64,000 bases of DNA, from positions 256,001 through 320,000 of the forward strand of contig JBFWNU010000001.1 in the NCBI GenBank assembly GCA_050250895.1, given 5' to 3'. The stretch comes from Vulcanimicrobiota bacterium. GTDB taxonomy: Bacteria > Vulcanimicrobiota > Xenobia > Xenobiales > JADMJV01. A program made the translations under genes and the position numbers. The notes beneath the pieces were generated by a model. The model saw only the letters and a list, made by a program, of their open reading frames with translations. It ran no database searches and was not told the DNA's origin. Below, in pieces: positions 57,497 through 64,000 of this stretch. Within the stretch, counting starts at the first letter, position 1. Every line of letters begins with the position of its first letter.

Positions 57497-60454
57497 ATGA
57501 AAGTTCGCCTGGCGCAGTTCGTGCTACTGTTCGTTGTCTGCGGCTGTGGTCCCAATCCCGGCCCGCCCGCAAATCCGACTCCCCCACCCGGCCCGCCCCA
57601 GAAGGTCGAGGGTCGTTTCGTGCCCACCGACCGCAAGGCCGCCCCGATGCGACTGACGGCCGCCGACGGAACGGGACTGAGGTTGGTGTCGCTGAGCGCC
57701 AGCGCCGTCGTCGATGGACCGTTGGCCTTCACCGAGCTGCACTTGATCTTCGAAAACCCCGAGGACCGGGTCCTCGAGGGAACCTTCGAAATCACCATGC
57801 CCGATGGTGCCGCCATCAGCCGATTGGCGATGCTGGGCGAACTGGGCTGGCAAGAGGCCGAAGTGGTCGAGCGCCAGGCGGCCCGCCAGGCCTACGAGGA
57901 TTTTCTCCACCGCCGCCAGGACCCGGCTTTGATGGAAAAGCAAGCCGGCAACCAGTTCCAGGCCCGCGTCTTTCCCATCCCTGCCAAAGGCCGCAAAGAG
58001 CTCAAAATCTCCTACTCGCAAGAGATGAGTGCATCGTCCCAACCCTACCGGCTACCGCTCCAGGGGCTGCCCAGGATGAGCCAGCTCGACCTCAAAATCC
58101 TGGTCGGCCGCCAATCGGGCTCAGGGCTCAAGAACGAGGTCGTCAAGACCAGCCGACAGGACTACGCTCCCGAAGGAGACTTCGAAGTCCCTCAGCAGAG
58201 CGCCATCGCCGGGCTGGTGAGCCAGGGCCTGATAGTGGCCCGCGTCAGCCCCCAGCCCAAAGGCCAGAGCGACCCGGTCGAAAGCCTGCTGGTGCTGGTG
58301 GATACCAGCGCTTCCCGCGGGCCGGGCTTTGATGCCCAGATGGATAGAGTAGTCAAGGTCCTGGCCGCTCTGGGCGAAAAGGTGCCGATTCGTGTCGCCT
58401 GCTTTGACCAGGAAGTGGTCCAGGTGTTCGACGGCCCAGCCGGTCAACTCACCAGTGACGTTTTGACTAAACGGCGGCCGGGCGGAGCCACCGACTTCGA
58501 GAAGGCCCTGAAGTGGGCGGCCGGCCAGAAGGGCTTCGACAGGCTGTTGCTGGTGAGCGACGCTCTCCCCACCGCCGGCGAGACGGCTCTCGCCGCCCGG
58601 GTGAAATCGCTACCCCTAAAGCGGCTCGACCTGATCCTGGTAGGGGGCATTCGCGACCGAGAAAGCGCCCTGGCGCTGGTCGGAGGCAACCTCGACCGCG
58701 AAGGGATGGTGCTCGACGGCGACTTGACTGTCGACGAGCTGGCTCACCGTCTGACCCTGGCCGCCGCTTCCGGCTTGTCGGTGAGCGTGGAAGGCGCTGA
58801 TTGGGTGTGGCCCGAGCGACTCGACAATCTGCAGGCCGGCGATGAGCGGCTGATCTATGCCAAGCTGCGCCAGACCAGTCAATCCGTGCGCATCACCATC
58901 GACGGGCAGACCAGCGAGGTTGCCCTCAGTTCTGCTGCCCAGCCGCTGCTCGATCGGGCTGCCGCCCTGGCCCGGGTGGCCCGCCTCGAAAGTCAGCTGC
59001 GCAACGCTTCGAATTCGGCCGAACGCGAAAAGCTGCGGAACCAGATCGTCGAGCTCTCGACCAGCAAACGGGTCTTGAGCGAGCACACCGCTTTGCTGGT
59101 GCTCGAAACCGAGGATGATTACGCCCGCTTCAACATCGACCGCAAAGCGCTCACCGACATTCTGGTGGTCGGTCAGCAGGGGCTCGAGCTGCACCAGCGC
59201 ACGCCTGTGCAATTCGCCCAGAGGCCGGTCGAGATGATGGAGAAGAACAAAGAAAGCGACCTCGGCCTCGACAAAGCGACCGCCGACGGTGGCGAAACGA
59301 GCACCGACACGCTCTATGTCCTCACGCCAGCGGCTGACGATACCGTGGTAACGGCGCGGCAGGCCCGGCTGGCGGAGGCGCCGGCCGGGGCGGCCGGCGC
59401 CCAGACCGAGTATCGCCGCGCCCAGGATGCGCCGGGCCCGGCGGCGCAAACGAGAGCCAGGTCCAATGACGGCTTTCGCTCGGGCGGCAACGAGCAGCCC
59501 TCGGTCGAAGAAGAGGCGGCCGCCGAAGACATCGAAAAGAGACCGGCCCTGACCGGACGGCTGGCCGAGGTCATGAAACTGATCAAGGTCGGAAAGCTCG
59601 ATGCCGCCCTGGCTCAGGCCATGAAGTGGCACGAGCAGTCTCCCGGCGATGTGCTGGCTCTGGTGGCCCTGGGCGAGTGCTTCGAGGCTCGCGGCCAGAA
59701 AGACGAGGCGGCCCGGGCTTACGGTTCGATTATCGATCTCTACCCCTCGCGAGCCGACCTGCGACGCTTTGCCGGCTGCCGTCTCGACCGACTCGCCCAC
59801 CCTCTGGCAGTGGACACCTATCGCAAGGCCGTCGAACAGCGCCCTGACCACGTCAGCGGCCACCGCATGTTAGCCTACGCTCTGGTGCGCCAGGGCGATC
59901 TGCCCGCCGCTTTTGCGGCCATCTCGGCCGGGCTACAGCGCGACTACCCTGACAACCGCTTTCTGTCGTGGGAGCGGATCTTGCGCGACGACGCCGGCCT
60001 GATCGCGGCCGCCTGGCTGGCGCGCGACCCTTCCCGCCGCCCGGAAGTAGAGAAAAAACTCAAAGCTCTGGGAACCCAGCTGGCCACCAAACCCTCCTTG
60101 CGGTTCGTGCTCACCTGGGAGACCGACGCCAACGATGTCGACTTTCACATCCACGACAGCCGGGGTGGGCACGCCTACTACAGCGATCCCAAGCTGCCCT
60201 CGGGTGGAGAACTCTATGGCGACGTGACCACCGGCTACGGACCCGAGTGCTTCAACATCCCGACCCAGCCAGCTGCCTTTCCCTACAAGCTCGCGATCCA
60301 CTACTATAGCCGTGGCCCGATGGGCTACGGCATGGGCAAGGTCGAGATCTGCCAGCACGACGGCAAGGGCAACCTGCGCTTTGAACAACGGCCCTATGTC
60401 GTGATGCAAGACCAGGCCTTCGTCGAACTGGGCACTGTGCCCAAACCGCTTTAG
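57497..60454 (+). CDS. VIT-VWA-TPR-YfaP(DUF2135)-type lipoprotein
   Basis: Lipobox VCGC; VIT (LAFTELHL.F.N...LEG.F...P; AR..YE....R.DPAL); VWA DTSAS, GATD; T.LLVLE; TPRs; LTW..D.NDVD.H...DVTTGYGPE.F. Confidence 0.88.
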   Translation: MKVRLAQFVLLFVVCGCGPNPGPPANPTPPPGPPQKVEGRFVPTDRKAAPMRLTAADGTGLRLVSLSASAVVDGPLAFTELHLIFENPEDRVLEGTFEITMPDGAAISRLAMLGELGWQEAEVVERQAARQAYEDFLHRRQDPALMEKQAGNQFQARVFPIPAKGRKELKISYSQEMSASSQPYRLPLQGLPRMSQLDLKILVGRQSGSGLKNEVVKTSRQDYAPEGDFEVPQQSAIAGLVSQGLIVARVSPQPKGQSDPVESLLVLVDTSASRGPGFDAQMDRVVKVLAALGEKVPIRVACFDQEVVQVFDGPAGQLTSDVLTKRRPGGATDFEKALKWAAGQKGFDRLLLVSDALPTAGETALAARVKSLPLKRLDLILVGGIRDRESALALVGGNLDREGMVLDGDLTVDELAHRLTLAAASGLSVSVEGADWVWPERLDNLQAGDERLIYAKLRQTSQSVRITIDGQTSEVALSSAAQPLLDRAAALARVARLESQLRNASNSAEREKLRNQIVELSTSKRVLSEHTALLVLETEDDYARFNIDRKALTDILVVGQQGLELHQRTPVQFAQRPVEMMEKNKESDLGLDKATADGGETSTDTLYVLTPAADDTVVTARQARLAEAPAGAAGAQTEYRRAQDAPGPAAQTRARSNDGFRSGGNEQPSVEEEAAAEDIEKRPALTGRLAEVMKLIKVGKLDAALAQAMKWHEQSPGDVLALVALGECFEARGQKDEAARAYGSIIDLYPSRADLRRFAGCRLDRLAHPLAVDTYRKAVEQRPDHVSGHRMLAYALVRQGDLPAAFAAISAGLQRDYPDNRFLSWERILRDDAGLIAAAWLARDPSRRPEVEKKLKALGTQLATKPSLRFVLTWETDANDVDFHIHDSRGGHAYYSDPKLPSGGELYGDVTTGYGPECFNIPTQPAAFPYKLAIHYYSRGPMGYGMGKVEICQHDGKGNLRFEQRPYVVMQDQAFVELGTVPKPL

Positions 60455-60488
60455 GAGACCTTGTGGACGAAAGGAACTCAGACTGATC

Positions 60489-60917
60489 TCAGGCTATGGG
60501 ATGACGCCAGCGAAGGCCCGGAAACCGGCTATAGTCTCGGTCGGTCGTGACCCACTCACAGCCCGCCTCAATGGCCAGGGCGGCGTGGTAGGCATCTGCC
60601 GCCAAGTTCCCCCGAACCCCAGCCTGCTCGCACAGGCGTAGGAAGATACCCCAATGCCTGGCCCCCGGCAAAATCACGCGTGCCCGTGGGGTGCGCCGCA
60701 GGGCGTTGACAAACTCCAGCGCTTCGGGCAGGCCCTCGGGTGGGTCAAAGACTCGTGGATGGGTGACGACACGCAGGAAGCCACTCAACACCAACTCGGA
60801 AAGCCCGAAAGCCTCTTGACCGTTGACGAGTTCGTGTAACCAACAACGATAGGCCTGGTGGTTCGGCGTGTCTGGGCGAAAGGCGTAGACCAGCACATTC
60901 ACATCTGGAAGTAGCAC
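60489..60917 (-). CDS. vapC: PIN-domain toxin
   Basis: LPDVNVLVYA, E...F.R.VT.P, GNL..DA..AALA.E...T.DRD...F.GL.W..P. Confidence 0.92.
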   Translation of the reverse strand: MLLPDVNVLVYAFRPDTPNHQAYRCWLHELVNGQEAFGLSELVLSGFLRVVTHPRVFDPPEGLPEALEFVNALRRTPRARVILPGARHWGIFLRLCEQAGVRGNLAADAYHAALAIEAGCEWVTTDRDYSRFPGLRWRHPIA

Positions 60918-61159
60918 TACCGGTCCATCCGGTCGAGCAAGTCAACAGTATCGTCAAGATCAACCCCTGCTTGGAGCCCACGACCTCCCTTGGAAACGGG
61001 CAAATCGATCGTCTCATCCGCCATTTGCTTCGGCGTGCACGCCATCGCCTGGCGCAAGCTGTCCTGGATCAGGGCCGTCAGGGTGCGTCCTGTGGCCGAC
61101 GCAAACCTGCGGGCTTCGTCGAGCAGTTCTTCATCCATCCTGATGGTCGTTCTCTTCAT
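60917..61159 (-). CDS. vapB: Ribbon-helix-helix antitoxin
   Basis: MKRTTI.MD..LL..A...A...G.TL..LI...LR; its stop overlaps the vapC start. Confidence 0.88.
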   Translation of the reverse strand: MKRTTIRMDEELLDEARRFASATGRTLTALIQDSLRQAMACTPKQMADETIDLPVSKGGRGLQAGVDLDDTVDLLDRMDR

Positions 61160-61168
61160 ATATGCTAG

Positions 61169-61197
61169 ATCATATCAGCGGCATGTCAATATGTCAA
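61169..61197 (-). promoter_or_regulatory. Sigma70 promoter of vapBC with a direct-repeat operator candidate
   Basis: TTGACA-17 nt-TATGAT on the minus strand; ATGTCAA repeated at 61183 and 61191. Confidence 0.8.
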
Positions 61198-61254
61198 AGC
61201 CTCTCGTGCCCGCGGGGTTTCAGGGCTTTTTCGGCTGGTTCGGCTAGTCTCGCC

Positions 61255-63753
61255 ATGGGCATGGAACCGCTCCGAATCAAATCCTCATATTCGCCCCCCC
61301 ACGTAGCTCGGGCGAGCAGCCAGGAGCAAGGCGTCTCTCGCGAAACTGTCGAGCAGCTCGAGCGGGACGGCTTTGCTTTCAGCTGGCGGTCGAAGTGGCA
61401 CATGCCCTGGAGCGACCCCATCCGCCCGATGTCGGCCGAAGAGGTGGTGTCGACCCTGGCCCGGGGCGAGACCGAGCGCCTCAGCGTGTCGGCGCCCGAG
61501 CAGCTGACCCTGCCGGTACGCAGCCGCCAAGACCTGCATGAGCTGGCCAGCCTGGCCGGACACGGCGATCAGGCCGCCAAGCTGCAGCAAGACCTGAGGT
61601 TTCTAGCCGAGCAGGGCTTTCGCTTCTGGGCCCACCGGGGCGAGGAGCAGGGTGAAGTCGGGCTGTATGGAGCCTACAACGCTCTCACCGACCCCAATCA
61701 CGGCCTGAGCAAACTCACCGCCCGGCGCGGCGAGCTGTCGCTGCCGGTCGGTCAGACCACCCCCCGGGCCCTGCGCGAGCGAATCGAAGAGCTGGGCGAC
61801 CTGGCCTCGGTCCAGGCTCTGATGGCGCTCGGCCAGAAGACCGGCGAACGGGCCGCCCTGCTGGACCTGGCTCTAGAGAAGACCTCGGTCGAGCCTCTGG
61901 GCAAGATTGACCCCAGCCTGTCGAGCCAGGCGAGAGTGGCCCTGGCTGACCGGCTCTTTGCCAACCCCAAAGCCGATTTGAGCGAGCTCTCTCAAGCCCC
62001 CCTGCCCGCAGCCGACGAGCTAAAAGTGGCTCAGAAAGCCCTCCAGGAGCGCCGGACCGATCCGTTGACCGAAAGGCTGCTGGCCGACGACCAGATTCAC
62101 CAGTCGACCCGGCTGATGGTGGCCCGAGCCACCCTGGCCGGCACGGTCGAGCCAGACCTGGCCAAACGGGCCAGCGGCTGGATGCAGAGCCTGTGCGACA
62201 GCAACACCAACCAGGGCTGGTCCGACGCCGCCCGAGTCGGCCAGGCCGCCTGCGAGTGCCTGCCTGACAATCTTTCGGCTCAGGTGGCCCTGAGCGTCGA
62301 ACCGCTCAAGCATCCGGGGTCGCAAGTCAGGCTCTATCGGGCCGCCCTGGACCAGCCAGCGGCTACGGGCCCGGAGCTGGCTGCTCAGGGACACGAGCTG
62401 TCCGAAGGGTTACGGGGCACCGGCTACGACCACGCCTGGAGTGACGCCGCCAAGGTGGGCCGGGCCTTCGTCAAAGAGCTGGCTCAGCGGCCTGAGTTCG
62501 CTTTGAGCGCCCAGGCTGCCCTGGGGGCCGAAGCAATGAAGGCCCCGGGCTCGTTCACCCGCGTCTACGAGGCGGTCATGGCAGCCCCCGGCCGGTCGCC
62601 CGAACAAGTGGCCGCGCTAGGACGCGAGCTGTCGGTGACTTTGCGCGGGACGACTTATGAGAGCGCCTGGCAAGACGCCGACAAGCTGGGCCGGGCCTTT
62701 GTCGAGACACTGGCCAACTGTCCCGAAACCGCCCCGGTCATGGGGGTGGCCCTGCGGGCCCAGGGCCTGGAGGCGCCCGGCTCGCGGACCCGCCTCTATG
62801 AAGCCGTGCTGGGGGCTCCCCTGGCCAGCACCCCCGAAGAACTGGGTAAACTGGGCCGCGACTTGAGCATCGAGCTGCGCGGCACCACCTACAAATGCGC
62901 CTGGCAAGACGCCGATCGGGCCGGGCGAGCTTTCGTCGAAGCGCTGGCCGAGCTGCCCGAGGGGGTGGCCGCCAGGGCCGCGCTGCGGCCCGAGCTGGCA
63001 GCCCCTGGTTCGCGCACCCGCACCTACGAAGCGGTGCTGGCCCAGCCCACCGTCAACGACCCGGTCGCTCTCGGAGCGTTGGGAAACAGCATCAGCGTCG
63101 AGTTGCGCGGCACCACCTACGACTGCGCCTGGAAAGACTCCCGCAAAGCCGGTCTGGCCTTTGTGGAAGGGCTGCAGGAGTTTCCCGCCACCCGCAACCT
63201 GGCCCTGGCTGTAGCCTCGGCCGCCCCCACGGCAGCTCCGGGCTCGGACGTGCGACTCTATGAAGCGGTCCTGGCCGACCCCCTCTGCACCGATCTGGCC
63301 GCCATGGGCCAGCGAGTGGCCGATTCGATCCCGGCCAGCTACAGCAGCCGGGTGGCCGACCAGGCTGCCGTGCGCGCCACCCTCCAAAGCGCCGCCAGCA
63401 CGGCCGGGTTGGATGAGCAGAACCTCGAGTTTTTAGCCAGCGTCACCCTGGGCACTGGTCCGGGCGCTCGCAAAGCCCTGGGCAAAGCCCTCTCCCAGTT
63501 CTCGACCCGACCCGGCCAGGCCGCCGTCAGTGCGGTCAACACTTTGCGTCAGGCCGGCGACGAAAGTTGGAGAGAACTGGCCGTCAACTGCCTGGCCAGG
63601 CTCCAGCCCGAGAAAGCCATCGCCGACCCCGAGAAGGCAGCCGCCCTGCTCGAGGTCACCAATCTTCTTGAGCCCACCTCGACTGGCGAACTCAAGACCG
63701 AACAAGAGCAGGTCGTCATCAACGACTACGCCGTGGCCGTCCGTCAAGACTGA
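61255..63753 (+). CDS. Large orphan repeat protein (five 73-78-aa repeats) with the shared C-terminal motif
   Basis: Start ATG 61255/61261; repeats W.DA...G.AF...L...APGS..R.YEAVL..P...LG..LS..LRGTTY; ends GELKTEQEQVVINDYAVAVRQD. Confidence 0.82.
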   Translation: MGMEPLRIKSSYSPPHVARASSQEQGVSRETVEQLERDGFAFSWRSKWHMPWSDPIRPMSAEEVVSTLARGETERLSVSAPEQLTLPVRSRQDLHELASLAGHGDQAAKLQQDLRFLAEQGFRFWAHRGEEQGEVGLYGAYNALTDPNHGLSKLTARRGELSLPVGQTTPRALRERIEELGDLASVQALMALGQKTGERAALLDLALEKTSVEPLGKIDPSLSSQARVALADRLFANPKADLSELSQAPLPAADELKVAQKALQERRTDPLTERLLADDQIHQSTRLMVARATLAGTVEPDLAKRASGWMQSLCDSNTNQGWSDAARVGQAACECLPDNLSAQVALSVEPLKHPGSQVRLYRAALDQPAATGPELAAQGHELSEGLRGTGYDHAWSDAAKVGRAFVKELAQRPEFALSAQAALGAEAMKAPGSFTRVYEAVMAAPGRSPEQVAALGRELSVTLRGTTYESAWQDADKLGRAFVETLANCPETAPVMGVALRAQGLEAPGSRTRLYEAVLGAPLASTPEELGKLGRDLSIELRGTTYKCAWQDADRAGRAFVEALAELPEGVAARAALRPELAAPGSRTRTYEAVLAQPTVNDPVALGALGNSISVELRGTTYDCAWKDSRKAGLAFVEGLQEFPATRNLALAVASAAPTAAPGSDVRLYEAVLADPLCTDLAAMGQRVADSIPASYSSRVADQAAVRATLQSAASTAGLDEQNLEFLASVTLGTGPGARKALGKALSQFSTRPGQAAVSAVNTLRQAGDESWRELAVNCLARLQPEKAIADPEKAAALLEVTNLLEPTSTGELKTEQEQVVINDYAVAVRQD

Positions 63754-63840
63754 CCCTCCCGGAGTTTAACAAACAGCCAACTCTTCGTTCGCCGCGTGTT
63801 CAGCTGGATTGAGCTATGCTCTTGGCGAGAGGAGCGACCG

Positions 63841-64000
63841 ATGAGCTATCCTGATTGTCTGCGCGAGGGGGCGCCACGCCCCCGGGAGCGACTACTGAGT
63901 GAGGGGCCCGCCAGCCTGACCGACCAGGAACTGGTGGCCGTGCTGCTGGGGCACGGGGTCAAGGACCATCCGGTCAGTCGAGTGGCCGGGCTACTGGTGG
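63841..64000 (+). CDS. radC: RadC-family (JAB) protein, 5' fragment
   Basis: GAGGAG RBS; RPRERLL..G..SLTD.EL.A.LLG.G is the RadC N-terminal signature. Confidence 0.85.
   Translation, partial: MSYPDCLREGAPRPRERLLSEGPASLTDQELVAVLLGHGVKDHPVSRVAGLLV

Noticed and set aside
60489-64000. vapBC + radC as the edge of a mobile element
   Set aside because: The radC has the long chromosomal-type N-terminus, and no integrase, att site or transposase is visible.

Overview
A GC-rich (roughly two-thirds GC by eye) bacterial chromosomal window with about 55 genes. I saw no rRNA, tRNA, CRISPR array, integrase or transposase. The organism is diderm (TolC, ArnT-like glycosyltransferase, secretin N-domains). 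The many orphan 'MQI...' proteins remind me of Ca. Eremiobacterota/Vulcanimicrobiota, but that is an unverified impression. Recognisable genes: a TolC-HlyD-ABC-ABC-permease efflux operon, a NarL/HisKA_3 two-component pair, hemH, an AlkD-like glycosylase, a fused 2-oxoacid dehydrogenase E1, pruA, vapBC and the start of radC. The most unusual signals are: (1) two separate genes that fuse PqqD/RRE domain(s) to an internal twin-arginine signal and a variable Cys-rich cargo, one coupled to a P-loop-less HPr-kinase-like gene and the other to an S8 protease; (2) a gapless 22-residue C-terminal motif shared by three unrelated orphan proteins, a candidate secretion or sorting signal; (3) two tandem paralogous sRNA genes with an identical anti-Shine-Dalgarno seed and a shared upstream operator; (4) a full-length animal-CLCA-like metalloprotease-VWA-FN3 protein with a CFI-box C-terminus, preceded by a possible inhibitor gene; (5) several apparent pseudo-enzymes (tandem M1 aminopeptidases without HExxH, a GmrSD with an eroded HNH); (6) a Cya2-type guanylate cyclase; (7) frequent leaderless promoters. 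All family calls come from motifs recognised by eye, not from database searches.
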